From Chloroflexota bacterium (GTDB taxonomy: Bacteria; Chloroflexota; Dehalococcoidia; Lucifugimonadales; Australimonadaceae), in contig JAYNIL010000004.1 in the NCBI GenBank assembly GCA_038109085.1, positions 1-61,274 of the forward strand: DNA of 61,274 bases, in the 5' to 3' direction. Positions 43,563 through 53,654 of this stretch are shown here, one piece after another. Numbering within the stretch: the stretch's first letter is position 1; every line of letters begins with the position of its first letter. The position numbers and the translations under genes were made by a program. Below the pieces are notes generated by a model that worked only from the letters and a program-made list of their open reading frames with translations, was not told where the DNA came from and ran no database searches.

Positions 43563-43758
43563 GATGAAGACCCACAAGGGGGCCAAGGCGCGCTACGGCG
43601 TAACCGGCACCGGCAAACTGGTCCGCATGAAGCGCGGCTCCAGCCACCTGCGCCTGAAAAAGTCCCGCATGGTGCGCGGCACGTACGATGCCAAGCAGCC
43701 GGTGGACGACACGCAGCGCCGCCGGGTGCTCACCCTGATCCCTGCGTACAACAAGTAA
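43555..43758 (+). CDS. rpmI: 50S ribosomal protein L35
   Basis: MPKMKTHKGAKARYGVTGTGKLVRMK. GTG start overlaps the infC 3' end by 8 nt. GGAGGAGG SD. Confidence 0.93.
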   Translation: MPKMKTHKGAKARYGVTGTGKLVRMKRGSSHLRLKKSRMVRGTYDAKQPVDDTQRRRVLTLIPAYNK

Positions 43759-43809
43759 GCACACTTCCCCGCCGCACCTGAGCGCGGCGGACGATTACGG
43801 AGGCCAGCA

Positions 43810-44172
43810 GTGGCACGGGTCAAGCGCGGCGTCGCCGGTCACCGGCGGCACAAGAAGGTTCTCTCCCTCACCAAGGGGCACCGTGGTTCGAAGCACCTGC
43901 TCTACCGGCGTGCGCATGAGTCCATGCTCCACGCCCTCTCCTACTCCTACCGGCACCGGCGGGAGCTGAAGGGCGACATGCGCCGCCTGTGGATAGTGCG
44001 CATCGGCGCGGCGGCCCAGGAGAACGGATTGTCGTACTCGCGGTTCATCGACGGCCTGCACAAGGCCAACATCGCCTTAGACCGCAAGGTACTGGCCGAC
44101 ATCGCCAGCGCCGATCCCGCAGCCTTCGCCCAGCTGGCCGAGGCAGCTAAGGCGGGCCTGGCCGCGGCCTAG
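43810..44172 (+). CDS. rplT: 50S ribosomal protein L20
   Basis: [30 protein letters not shown] start with GGAGG SD. Confidence 0.93.
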   Translation: MARVKRGVAGHRRHKKVLSLTKGHRGSKHLLYRRAHESMLHALSYSYRHRRELKGDMRRLWIVRIGAAAQENGLSYSRFIDGLHKANIALDRKVLADIASADPAAFAQLAEAAKAGLAAA

Positions 44173-44192
44173 CCCCCAACCCCAGCATGTAC

Positions 44193-44226
44193 AAGAGGGG
44201 CGGCCCCGAACGGGGCCGCCCCTCTT
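44193..44226. terminator. bidirectional terminator between rplT and the convergent operon
   Basis: Perfect 15-bp stem AAGAGGGGCGGCCCC / GGGGCCGCCCCTCTT with loop GAAC. Confidence 0.75.
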
Positions 44227-44251
44227 GCGTTCCTCCCGGGCTCTTCGAGCC

Positions 44252-44689
44252 CTAGGCGCGCACGATGCCCTCCGCCGCAGCGTTGTCGAGCACGCGCGCC
44301 AGTGCCTCACGGCTGACATGCCGGGGCCACGGGCCGTAGAGCCACGCCTCCGAGATGGCGTCGTGGATGGCAGACAGGGTCAGGGTGTCCTTGGGGGCCA
44401 CCAGCAGCAGGCGCAGCGCCGCCTCCAGCAGCGGGTGCTGGGGGGAGACGTAGCCGTCCTGTCCGCCACACCCGTCGCGCAGCAGCTTCCGCAAGTCCTT
44501 CACGCTCATACTCCCCCAGGAGTTGGGCGTCTTGAGCTTGGCCGCTGAGGCCTCGCACAGCCGGTCGGCCAGGAAGAGCTGCACGCTCCGGCCCTGGGCC
44601 TCGATCACATCCAGGTCCAGCCGGTAGGACGGGTCGACGGCCACCCCGGTGTTGCCATCGCCACGTTGGGCAGCGGTCTCAGTTGTCAT
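44252..44689 (-). CDS. hypothetical protein (145 aa) translationally coupled to moeA
   Basis: Strong AAGGAGGA SD lies inside the moeA 3' end, and the start overlaps the moeA stop by 11 nt. No recognised motif. The C-terminus looks helix-turn-helix-like. Confidence 0.65.
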   Translation of the reverse strand: MTTETAAQRGDGNTGVAVDPSYRLDLDVIEAQGRSVQLFLADRLCEASAAKLKTPNSWGSMSVKDLRKLLRDGCGGQDGYVSPQHPLLEAALRLLLVAPKDTLTLSAIHDAISEAWLYGPWPRHVSREALARVLDNAAAEGIVRA

Positions 44690-46055
44690 GCGGTCCTCCT
44701 TCGCGGCGTTGCAGGTCCCTGAGGGGTGACGGGAGCCAGTCCAGCAGCTCCACGTCGGCCTCGGCGCCCGCCGGGCGCTGAGGCTCGTCCTCGGGACAGA
44801 TGGCGAGCCCGTGGGCGGCCGCCATAGAAGTAAGCAGGTTGGAGCCCTGGGATCCCGTCAGGTGCGCGACCAGCCGTCCACCCGTGCGTTCCAGAACCAC
44901 ACGAGCGTACACGCGCCGCCCGTCCGGGTTCAAGAGCCCGTCCGCAAGCACCGCACGCACGCGGGGCAGCGGCTCTGGGTGTGCGCCGCGCAGCACGGCC
45001 ACGGCGGGCCGGGCGAACTCCACTAGCGCCACCAGCGCGGAGACGGGGTTGCCCGGCAGGCCCAGGTGCGGCACGCGCCGCCCATCGGGTGCGGTGAGCA
45101 GGCCCCCGGCGATGGGCCGTGCGGGGCGCATCTTCACAGCCCAGAAGGCCATGCTCCCCAGCTCCGCCAGCACCTCCTTCACATAGTCGAAGGCGCCGGC
45201 GGACACGCCCGCCGAGGTGATGAGCATGTCTGCGTCCAGGCCCGCGCGCACCTTGGCGCGCAGGTCGTCGCGGTCGTCACGGGCGATGCCCAGCAGCACA
45301 GGCTCGGCGCCCCAGCGGCGCAACGCGGCGGCGATGCCCATAGAGTTGGCATCATACAGACGCCCCGGTGTGTAGGGTGCGCCGGGGGCCAGTACCTCAT
45401 CGCCCGTGGCCAGCACCGCCACGCGCGGGCGGCGCACGGCGCGCACGCTGGCGCGGCCCACCGAGGCCAGCAGGCCCAGCGCGGGAGGCGTGAGCACCGT
45501 GCCCGCCCCCAGCACCCGCTCGCCTCTGGCCAGGTCCTCACCGGCGGGGCGCAGGTGCTCCCCCTCAGTCACGGGGTGCGTGATGGCTATCTGGGTGATG
45601 GGCCCACCCGCTGCGCGCCGGGCGGGTTCGTCGGTGAACTCCCAGGGCACGATGGCATCGGCCCCCTTGGGCATGGGCGCGCCAGTCATGATGCGCACGG
45701 CCTGCCCCGGACCCACACCCACCGTAGGCAGCGCGCCCGCCTGCACCTGGCCCACCACGGCGAGGGTGACCGGGCAGCCGGTGGAGGAGCCGGAAACGTC
45801 TTCCGAACGCACGGCATAGCCGTCCATGGCGGAGTTGTCCATGCCAGGGATGTCGAAGGGGGCGAGCACGTCCTCCGCCAGTGCCAGCCCGTCGGCCTCC
45901 AGCAGCGGGACCTCAACGGCGTGCAGTGGGCTCACCAGACCCAGCACCCGCTCAAGCGCCTCCTCCACCGAGAGCAGCCCCTCGGTGGGCGGGTGTGCGT
46001 GAGGACGGTCATGGCCGTGCCGGTGGCCGCCGTGCTGCCCGTGATGCTCGGCCAC
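44679..46055 (-). CDS. moeA: molybdopterin molybdenumtransferase MoeA
   Basis: 458 aa. LSVEEALERVL, DNSAMDGYAVRSEDV, TGAPMPKGADAIV and LPGNPVSALV. GTG start 2 nt after the pheT stop, with a His-rich N-terminal extension. Confidence 0.9.
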   Translation of the reverse strand: MAEHHGQHGGHRHGHDRPHAHPPTEGLLSVEEALERVLGLVSPLHAVEVPLLEADGLALAEDVLAPFDIPGMDNSAMDGYAVRSEDVSGSSTGCPVTLAVVGQVQAGALPTVGVGPGQAVRIMTGAPMPKGADAIVPWEFTDEPARRAAGGPITQIAITHPVTEGEHLRPAGEDLARGERVLGAGTVLTPPALGLLASVGRASVRAVRRPRVAVLATGDEVLAPGAPYTPGRLYDANSMGIAAALRRWGAEPVLLGIARDDRDDLRAKVRAGLDADMLITSAGVSAGAFDYVKEVLAELGSMAFWAVKMRPARPIAGGLLTAPDGRRVPHLGLPGNPVSALVALVEFARPAVAVLRGAHPEPLPRVRAVLADGLLNPDGRRVYARVVLERTGGRLVAHLTGSQGSNLLTSMAAAHGLAICPEDEPQRPAGAEADVELLDWLPSPLRDLQRREGGPHDN

Positions 46056-46057
46056 GG

Positions 46058-48460
46058 CTAGGCCCGCAGCGCCGCGCCGAACCGGTCAGCGAGTCGCTTG
46101 ACCAGCGCGGCCATGGCGTCATTGATGGCCTCGGCGGAGAGGGTGCCCTCGGCCGAGCGCAGCTCCAGCCGGAAGGCCAGGGAGCAGCGCCCCGCGGGCA
46201 GGCCCTTGCCGGAGAAGCGGTCGAAGAGGACGGCGCGCTCCACCAGCGGATGCTCCTCCAACGCGGCCGACAGGGCACCAGCGGGGGTGGCCTCATCCAC
46301 CACGAGCGCCAGGTCGCGGGAGGCGGAGGGGAAGCGCGAGAGAGGGGCAAAGCGGAAGCGCACCTCGGGCAACGCACCCGTCAGCAGGCCCAGGTCCAGT
46401 TCGAAGAGCGCCGCGCCCACCGGGAGCTCGAAGGCCGCCGCGGTCTGCGGGTGCACCTCGCCCACGGTACCCACGCGGTTCCCCTTCACCACGATGGCGG
46501 CGGTGCGGCCGGGGTGGAGCACGGGGTCCTCGGCGCGCTCGAAGTCGCCTGCCAGGCCCAACCGCTCCAGCACCAACTCCACCACGCCCTTGGCGTCGAA
46601 GAAGCCCAGGGGCTCGGCCCCAACCTCCCACAGCCCATCACGCCGCTCACCCGCCACCACACCCACGGCCAGCTCCCGCTCCTGGGGTAGCGAGCCCTCG
46701 CGGGGCAGGTAAACGCGCCCCACCTCGAAGAGGGTGGCGGAGCCCGGCGGCTGGCGCAGGGCCGCTGCCGCGGCGCGCAGCAGGCCGGGGCGCAGGCTGG
46801 TGCGCAGGTATTCCTGCTCACGGGAGAGGGGGTGGGCGATGCGCAGGGGCTCCAGCCCGTCGATGTCCACCGCGCCCACCCGATCCAGGTCAGCCCGGTT
46901 GGTGAGGGAGTGGAAGATGGCCTCCTGCATGCCGGAGCCCACCAGCAAGTCCCGCACCTCCTCGCGCACCGCGAGCTCCGGCTGAAACACGCGCTCGGGC
47001 ACTCGGCCCGCCAGCGGGTCGGCGGGGACGTGGTCGTAGCCGATGGTGCGCGCCACCTCCTCAACCAGGTCCTCCGGTATGGCCACGTCGGTGCGCCAGT
47101 ATGGGGGGACGGCGGTGAGGGAGTCGGGGCCGGTCTCCTCGACGGTGAAGCCGAGAGCCCGCAGCACCCCGACCACCTGCGCCTGGGGGAAGGAGGTACC
47201 CAGCACCCGGTGCATGCGCTCAGCGGACAGGGAGATGGCGGGGGTCTCGGCCCTGCCGGGATAGACGTCCAGGATGCCCCTGGACGGGGTGCCTCCAGCG
47301 GCCTCGACGATGAGCGCCGTGGCCCGGCGCACGGCGCGCTCGGCCAGGTCCGGGCTGGTACCGCGCTCGAAGCGCATGGACGCCTCGGTGCGGATGTGCA
47401 GCGCCTGTGCGGTGCGCCGGGTGTTGATGGCGTTGAAGGTGGCCGACTCCAGCAGGATGTCCGTGGTAGCGTCGGTCACCTCGGAGTTGCCCCCGCCAAT
47501 GACTCCCGCGAGGCCTATAGCGCGGGAGGGGTCGGCGATGACCAACATGGGGGGGCGCAGCTCGTGCTCCTCGCCATCCAGGGCCCTGAAGCTCTCACCG
47601 GGCCGGGCCGGGCGCACCACGATGTGCTGCTCCCCCACCTGGGCAAGGTCGAAGGCGTGCAGGGGCTGCCCGTACTCCAGCATCACGTAGTTGGTCACGT
47701 CCACCACGTTGTTGATGGAGCGCTGGCCCGCATCCTCCAACCGCTTCACCAGCCAGTCGGGCGAGGGGCCCACCTGCACGCCTCGGATGACGGTGGCCGT
47801 GTAACGGGAGCACAGGGAGGCGTCCTCTACCGTGACGCGCGCCGCGTCCTCGACGCGCTCGCCCCCCTCGCGGTAGGCGATAGAGGGCTCATCAACGGCC
47901 CCGCCGGTGAAGGCCGCCACCTCATGGGCGATGCCAAGGACCGAGAGGCAGTCGCCCCGGTTGGCGGTGACCTCCGTCTCCAGCGCGCCGTTGCCGAGAT
48001 AGTCGGCGAGGGCGGTGCCCACGGGGGCGTCCTCCGGCAGCACCAGAATGCCGCCGTGGTCATCGCCCAGGCCCAGCTCCTTGGCAGAGCACACCATGCC
48101 TGCCGACTCCACGCCCCGGATAACGGCGGCGGTCAGCTCCATGGGCTCGCCCGTCTTGCCGCTGGTGAGCCTGGCGCCCACCAGAGCGAAGGCGATGCGC
48201 TGGCCGGGGGCTAGGTTGGGCGCGCCGCACACCACCCGCGCGATACCAGCGCCCGTGTCCACGGTGGCCAGACGCAGCCGGTCGGCGTTGGGGTGCGGGT
48301 CCACGGCCAGCACGTGGCCCACCACCACCTTGCTCCACCCACCCGCGGGGCCGGGGTCGAACTCGGTCTCGATGCCGGCCATGGTGAGACGGTGGGCCAG
48401 CTCCTCGGGCTCCAGTGTGAGTGGGACGTAGGCGGCAAGCCAGGAGAGGGGGACGCGCAT
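46058..48460 (-). CDS. pheT: phenylalanine--tRNA ligase beta subunit
   Basis: 800 aa. MRVPLSWLAAYVPL, a tRNA-binding domain (VVGHVLAVDPHPNADRLRLATVD), B3/4 and B5 regions, and a FDX-ACB C-terminus. Confidence 0.93.
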   Translation of the reverse strand: MRVPLSWLAAYVPLTLEPEELAHRLTMAGIETEFDPGPAGGWSKVVVGHVLAVDPHPNADRLRLATVDTGAGIARVVCGAPNLAPGQRIAFALVGARLTSGKTGEPMELTAAVIRGVESAGMVCSAKELGLGDDHGGILVLPEDAPVGTALADYLGNGALETEVTANRGDCLSVLGIAHEVAAFTGGAVDEPSIAYREGGERVEDAARVTVEDASLCSRYTATVIRGVQVGPSPDWLVKRLEDAGQRSINNVVDVTNYVMLEYGQPLHAFDLAQVGEQHIVVRPARPGESFRALDGEEHELRPPMLVIADPSRAIGLAGVIGGGNSEVTDATTDILLESATFNAINTRRTAQALHIRTEASMRFERGTSPDLAERAVRRATALIVEAAGGTPSRGILDVYPGRAETPAISLSAERMHRVLGTSFPQAQVVGVLRALGFTVEETGPDSLTAVPPYWRTDVAIPEDLVEEVARTIGYDHVPADPLAGRVPERVFQPELAVREEVRDLLVGSGMQEAIFHSLTNRADLDRVGAVDIDGLEPLRIAHPLSREQEYLRTSLRPGLLRAAAAALRQPPGSATLFEVGRVYLPREGSLPQERELAVGVVAGERRDGLWEVGAEPLGFFDAKGVVELVLERLGLAGDFERAEDPVLHPGRTAAIVVKGNRVGTVGEVHPQTAAAFELPVGAALFELDLGLLTGALPEVRFRFAPLSRFPSASRDLALVVDEATPAGALSAALEEHPLVERAVLFDRFSGKGLPAGRCSLAFRLELRSAEGTLSAEAINDAMAALVKRLADRFGAALRA

Positions 48461-48585
48461 GCTCGCTCCGGGTTCGGGGATGGCCCACCTAGTATAACGG
48501 CGAACCGGGCTGGGGGCCCGTGCGTTAGGACTGCTGGGCGCACCGCACCACGGGCCTCACGCATCCCACTAACATACGAACAATT

Positions 48586-49749
48586 ATGACCACCCGCATC
48601 GCCCTGCTCCTCACCCTTGTCCTGGCCCTGGTGGGCCTGGGGGCCTGTTCTGGCGAGCAGATGCCCCAGGCCGAGGCCGCCACGGGCCCCGAACGCACTG
48701 GCCATAAAGGCGGCGCGGTGGGTGATACGGCACCGGAGTTCACGGGCATCGAAGAATGGCTCAACAGCGATCCGCTGACCATGGCGGGCCTTCGCGGGAA
48801 GGTGGTGCTGGTGGACTTCTGGACATACACCTGCGTCAACTGCATCCGCACCCTGCCCTACCTGCGCGAGTGGCAGGAGAAATACGCGGACCTGGGCCTG
48901 GTGATCGTGGGGGTACACGCGCCGGAGTTCGCCTTCGAGCACGTAACGGCCAACGTGCAGGCTGCGATCCGCGAGTTCGACCTCGCCTACCCGGTGGCCC
49001 AGGACAACGGCTACGGCACCTGGCGCGCCTTCGACAACCACTACTGGCCCGCCAAGTACCTGGTGGGGGCCGATGGGCTGGTGCGCTACACCCACTTCGG
49101 CGAGGGCAACTACGACGAGACGGAGGCGGAGATACGCGCCGCGCTGACGGCGGCGGGCGCGGACGTGAGCGGGGTGCCTGCGGGCCAGGACCCTGGCCCG
49201 GCGCTGGACGAGGGCGCACGGGGGGGACTGGCGGAGGACACCCTCACCCGTGAGATGTACGGCGGGTATGACCGTAACAACTCTCTCTTCGGGGTCTACG
49301 TGGGCCACCGGGAGTACTACTCCGGCCCGGACCGGGTGGTGGACTACACCGACCCGGAGCTGCACCGCAACGGGCTCTTCTACCTGCAGGGCCCGTGGCT
49401 CAACGGCGATGAGTCGCTGCGCCACGCGCGCACCAGCTCGCCGGGTGAGGACTACGTGGCGCTGCGCTTCCTGGCGCGCTCAGTGAACGTGGTGCTGGAG
49501 GTGCCGGAGGACGGGATGCCATATGAGGTGGACGTGAGCATCAACGGCGAGCCGCTCACCCCCCAGCAGGCAGGCGGCGACATCGTGTTCGCGGACCGGC
49601 GTTCCTTCTTAACCGTGGACGAGGGGCGAATGTACGAGGTGGTCTACCTGGAGGATGGGTTCGGCTGGGGCGAGCTGCGCCTCTCGCCCACCAGCCCCGA
49701 CTTCGACCTCTTCGCCTTCACCTTCGGAGCCTACGAGGGGGTGCCGTAG
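48586..49749 (+). CDS. thioredoxin-fold lipoprotein (TlpA/DipZ C-terminal-like) with a C-terminal beta-rich domain
   Basis: 387 aa. Lipobox GLGAC. Redox motif VLVDFWTYTCVNCIRTLPYL (CxxC). Confidence 0.8.
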   Translation: MTTRIALLLTLVLALVGLGACSGEQMPQAEAATGPERTGHKGGAVGDTAPEFTGIEEWLNSDPLTMAGLRGKVVLVDFWTYTCVNCIRTLPYLREWQEKYADLGLVIVGVHAPEFAFEHVTANVQAAIREFDLAYPVAQDNGYGTWRAFDNHYWPAKYLVGADGLVRYTHFGEGNYDETEAEIRAALTAAGADVSGVPAGQDPGPALDEGARGGLAEDTLTREMYGGYDRNNSLFGVYVGHREYYSGPDRVVDYTDPELHRNGLFYLQGPWLNGDESLRHARTSSPGEDYVALRFLARSVNVVLEVPEDGMPYEVDVSINGEPLTPQQAGGDIVFADRRSFLTVDEGRMYEVVYLEDGFGWGELRLSPTSPDFDLFAFTFGAYEGVP

Positions 49750-49751
49750 CG

Positions 49752-50636
49752 GTGCCCCGCGCGCTCGCGATCCTCACAGCGACGCTGGCACTGGCCGCCT
49801 GCGCCGGGCCCCTCCCCACCGCCACGCCCACCCCGTCGGAGCCCGCGCCGGTGACCATCATCCTGGCAACACGCGACCTGGTGCCCGGCGCGAAGCGGGT
49901 GGCCTTCCTGCTGGAATCCCCCTTCGCACTGGTGGACACACCGTCGGTGCTCTTCAGCGCTCGGCCCCTGGGCGGGACGGGAACGCCCACCGCCGTGGTG
50001 GAGTCGGCGTTCGCGTCCTGGCCCTTCGGCGCGCGTGGTTCCTACGCCGGGGAGTTGGACCTGGATACGCCCGGGCGCTGGGAACTGACCGTAGAGGTGG
50101 ACGACCCACGCTTCGAGCCCGCGGCGAGCCTGATGTTCGACGTTGCGGCGGCATCACCCGTGCCACAGGTGGGTGAGGTGCCGCCCTTCACACCCACCAA
50201 GACGCTGGCGTACGCCGGTGGCGACCTGCGCGCCATCACCTCGGACCCCCGCGCCCGCCCTGCGCTGTACCGACTCTCGGTGGACGAGGCGCTCTTCTCC
50301 GGACTGCCCACGGTGGTGGTCTTCGCCTCGCCCGCCTACTGCACCGCGCCCACCTGCGGCCCGCAGGTGGACACACTTGCGGAGTTGGCGGCGGCCCACG
50401 AGGGGGAGGCGAACTTCATCCACGTGGAGGTCTATGACAACCCGGCGGAGATAACGGGAGACCTGACCCAGGCACGCTACGCGAAGGCCGCCGTAGACTG
50501 GGGCCTGACGGGCCTGCCGGGCTACCGGAACGAGTCGTGGACCTTCGTCATCGGCAGGGAGGGGCGCATCAGCGCGCGCTTCGAGGGGTTCGCCACGCTC
50601 ATGGAACTGGAGGCCGCGCTGGCCCCGGCGCGCTAG
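49752..50636 (+). CDS. redoxin-fold lipoprotein with a CxxxxC motif
   Basis: 294 aa. Lipobox ALAAC, Pro/Thr linker PLPTATPTPSEPAP, VVVFASPAYCTAPTCGPQ. GTG start 2 nt after the upstream stop. Confidence 0.65.
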   Translation: MPRALAILTATLALAACAGPLPTATPTPSEPAPVTIILATRDLVPGAKRVAFLLESPFALVDTPSVLFSARPLGGTGTPTAVVESAFASWPFGARGSYAGELDLDTPGRWELTVEVDDPRFEPAASLMFDVAAASPVPQVGEVPPFTPTKTLAYAGGDLRAITSDPRARPALYRLSVDEALFSGLPTVVVFASPAYCTAPTCGPQVDTLAELAAAHEGEANFIHVEVYDNPAEITGDLTQARYAKAAVDWGLTGLPGYRNESWTFVIGREGRISARFEGFATLMELEAALAPAR

Positions 50637-51199
50637 GCGGGGTTGGCGCGCAGCCAGCAGGCCACGTCGGCAGCATTGCGGTCTGGCGGGAACACCGGGT
50701 AGAAGACATGCTCGATGACCCCATCGTGAACGATGAGGGTAAGCCGCTTGACCAGCCGCTTCCCGTCCACGATGAATGTGGGCAGGCGCAACGCATCGCA
50801 CAGGGTGAAGCCCGCATCGCTCAGCACCGGGAAGGGCACATGCAGGCGGGTGCTCATCTCGCGCTGGTAGCCCGTGTCCTGGGTGCTCAGACCATAGACG
50901 CGGGCGCCGAGGCCCGCCAATTCCTGGTGCAGGTCACGGAAGCCGCACGTCTGTGGGGTGCATCCGCGCGCGCCGGGTATCAGGTCCCATCCCTCCGGAA
51001 GGAGAACACCGGGCACCCCGGTCATGGGGTAGGCGTAGATAGCGCTGCGCCCCTGCCCTAACCGGGAGAGGTCCACCGGGGGGCAGCTGGTGGCCTCCAG
51101 GCGCACCGGCGGCATGCTCATGCCCACCAGGTGCGCACAGGCGCCGTCGTCCTGAGGCACCGGCAGTCCCGCGGGAAGCGGGAAGTCCAGGGCAGCCAC
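50633..51199 (-). CDS. peroxiredoxin (AhpC/TSA, BCP-like)
   Basis: 188 aa. IPGARGCTPQTCGFRD (CxxxxC). GTG start 1 nt after the upstream stop. Confidence 0.82.
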   Translation of the reverse strand: MAALDFPLPAGLPVPQDDGACAHLVGMSMPPVRLEATSCPPVDLSRLGQGRSAIYAYPMTGVPGVLLPEGWDLIPGARGCTPQTCGFRDLHQELAGLGARVYGLSTQDTGYQREMSTRLHVPFPVLSDAGFTLCDALRLPTFIVDGKRLVKRLTLIVHDGVIEHVFYPVFPPDRNAADVACWLRANPA

Positions 51200-51200
51200 C

Positions 51201-51788
51201 CTAGGCGTCTGGGGCCAGGTCGGCGGCGAGTTGCTCGCGTACGTCAGCGCCCAGCTCGGTGCGGTGGTGATAGCCGCCGTGGTCGATGCGCAGGGCCACC
51301 GGCGCGCCAGAGCGCACCGCCTGCGCCTGGGCGGGGGTGAGGGCGAAGCGCACGTAGTGGACGGCGCTCACCTGCACCTCGTTGGAACGCCCGCCCTCGT
51401 ACTCGCCCTCCACCGGCTCTCTGTCCACCTCCAGGTATGTGGTGCCGCCGCGGTCCACGCCGATGAAGCTGTCTAGCACCTGCTTTAGGACGGAGCGGTC
51501 GCTCACCTCGATGAGCAGCGTGGCTGATAGCTCATTCTGGTGGGGCAGGAGCTCGTTGTAGATGTCCAGCTCCTCCTGCACGCGCTCCGGGCCCACAATT
51601 CGCTCGGCTCGCATCATCTCCTGCACCTGGAAGCGCACGGTGTCGCGGTTCTCGAACACCACGCTCACCACGGGCCCCACGCCCACGCGCCGGTGCCGCT
51701 TGAGCGCGATGACACGCGGGCGCGAGGTGGGGCGCTCCAGCTCATAGGTCGCGATATCGCGCACGTCGGCCAGGGTCAACGGCTTCAT
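51201..51788 (-). CDS. uncharacterised protein, resembles the DUF3501 family
   Basis: About 195 aa. The start overlaps the upstream stop (TGATG). The family label comes from my memory of typical DUF3501 neighbours (Fe-S CCG protein plus rubrerythrin). It is not verified. Confidence 0.6.
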   Translation of the reverse strand: MKPLTLADVRDIATYELERPTSRPRVIALKRHRRVGVGPVVSVVFENRDTVRFQVQEMMRAERIVGPERVQEELDIYNELLPHQNELSATLLIEVSDRSVLKQVLDSFIGVDRGGTTYLEVDREPVEGEYEGGRSNEVQVSAVHYVRFALTPAQAQAVRSGAPVALRIDHGGYHHRTELGADVREQLAADLAPDA

Positions 51789-53086
51789 CACGCCCCCTTC
51801 CCAGCGCTCTCCAGGCCATAGGCCACGGCCAGCGCCTGTGCGGTGTGGATCGGGCGCCGTCCCGTACCCACCTCGATGTGGTGAGCAGCCAGGGGACAGT
51901 CGCTTATCATCACGTCAGGCGCACCCTCCGCCAGGTTATCGAACAGCTTCTTGCCCACCTTCAGGGAGAGCGGGAAGTAGCGCTTGGAGATGCCCCAGGA
52001 GCCGTCGTGGCCGGAGCACGACTCCACCTGGGAGACGGTGGTGTCCGGCACGATGCCCAGCACCCGCGGGGAATTGTTGCCCACGGCCTGGGCCCGCGTG
52101 TGGCAGGCCACGTGGAAGGCGACCTTGCCAAGGCCTTGCTTGAAGTCGCGCTGGAGCACCTTGTCCTTGGCGAGGTTGACCAGGTAGTGGCCGAACTCGA
52201 AGGTGTGCTCGGCGACGCGCTTAGCCGCAGCGGCCTCGGCGGAGTGCTTGGGGTAGTCGTTGCGCAGCACCAGGGTGCAGGTGGGCTGGGGCACCACGAT
52301 GTCGTATCCCTCATCCACCAGCCTGACCAGCCGCTCCAGGTTGTAGTCCATCTTGCCCTGCGCGCCCTTCCAGTCACCGGCGTCGGCTAGGGGCATGCCG
52401 CAGCACTGCTGCTCCGGCACCACCACCTCCACGTTATTGTGCTCCAGCACCGCGATGCACGCTTTACCAATCTGCGGCTCGTTGTTGTCCACGGTGCAGG
52501 AGGCGAAGAAGGCGACCTTGCGCACGGGTGATTCAGAGGGCCGCATGGCCGCCCCGTAGTTCTTGCGGAACCAGGAGGTGAACGTCTGGGAGTGGAACTT
52601 GGGGATGATGGCGTCACGGTGCACCCCCGTGATCATCTCCGCCACGATGCGCCCCGGCTTGGTGGCGTTCGCCAGGTTAGTGAGGGGGGCCAGCGGCCCA
52701 CCCGCCAGCTTGGCCAGGCGATCCTGGTCGGCAACCAGCTTCTTGGAGAGGGGGATGCCCTGCTCTCTGGCGCGCACGTACTTGGAGCGCTCGATCAGCG
52801 CGGGCACGTCCAGGTTGTACTCGTGGGGCTCGGTGTAAGGGCAGACGACCCAGCAGAGCTTGCACTGGAAGCACAGATCGTCGACGGGCTTGAGCTCGGC
52901 CCGGGTGATCGGGCGGTCGGCGGCCTCGGCGGCGTCGGTGATGTCGAACAACGCCGGGAAGGACGGACACAGGTTCCAGCACAGGCGGCAGCCGTGGCAC
53001 AGGTCGTACTGACGGCGCTGCTCGGCCTCCAGGTCATCCCGATCCCAGTAGCGGGTGTCCTTGGGGTCGTAGGTGGGGGTGGTCAT
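51788..53086 (-). CDS. (Fe-S)-binding CCG-domain protein (HdrD/GlpC-like)
   Basis: 432 aa. Two ferredoxin-type motifs ([12 protein letters not shown] and [12 protein letters not shown]) and CCG-type motifs ([23 protein letters not shown]). Confidence 0.85.
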   Translation of the reverse strand: MTTPTYDPKDTRYWDRDDLEAEQRRQYDLCHGCRLCWNLCPSFPALFDITDAAEAADRPITRAELKPVDDLCFQCKLCWVVCPYTEPHEYNLDVPALIERSKYVRAREQGIPLSKKLVADQDRLAKLAGGPLAPLTNLANATKPGRIVAEMITGVHRDAIIPKFHSQTFTSWFRKNYGAAMRPSESPVRKVAFFASCTVDNNEPQIGKACIAVLEHNNVEVVVPEQQCCGMPLADAGDWKGAQGKMDYNLERLVRLVDEGYDIVVPQPTCTLVLRNDYPKHSAEAAAAKRVAEHTFEFGHYLVNLAKDKVLQRDFKQGLGKVAFHVACHTRAQAVGNNSPRVLGIVPDTTVSQVESCSGHDGSWGISKRYFPLSLKVGKKLFDNLAEGAPDVMISDCPLAAHHIEVGTGRRPIHTAQALAVAYGLESAGKGA

Positions 53087-53125
53087 AGGTGTGCTCTCCC
53101 GTGGCGCGATGGGCCCAAATGAAGT

Positions 53126-53161
53126 GGCGCCCTCCGTGGCCGGAGGCTGACGGAGGGCGCC
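53126..53161 (-). terminator. intercistronic stem-loop after the erythrin gene (partial terminator or stabiliser)
   Basis: Perfect 12-bp stem GGCGCCCTCCGT / ACGGAGGGCGCC with a 12-nt loop. It lies between the erythrin stop (53184) and the next start (53086). No U-tract. Confidence 0.5.
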
Positions 53162-53183
53162 GCGGGGTTCCGGACCGGAGGGA

Positions 53184-53606
<423 letters not shown>

Positions 53607-53654
53607 ACTGTCCTCCTTGTCCTTCTCTGTCCTCGTGGGTTTGCGGCTCTGCCG

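Noticed and set aside
45045-45058. 14-nt exact match (GCGCGGAGACGGGG) between moeA coding sequence and the minus strand of repeat copy B.
   Set aside because: Similarity stops immediately on both sides, and the segment encodes conserved MoeA residues. It is most likely chance in GC-rich sequence.
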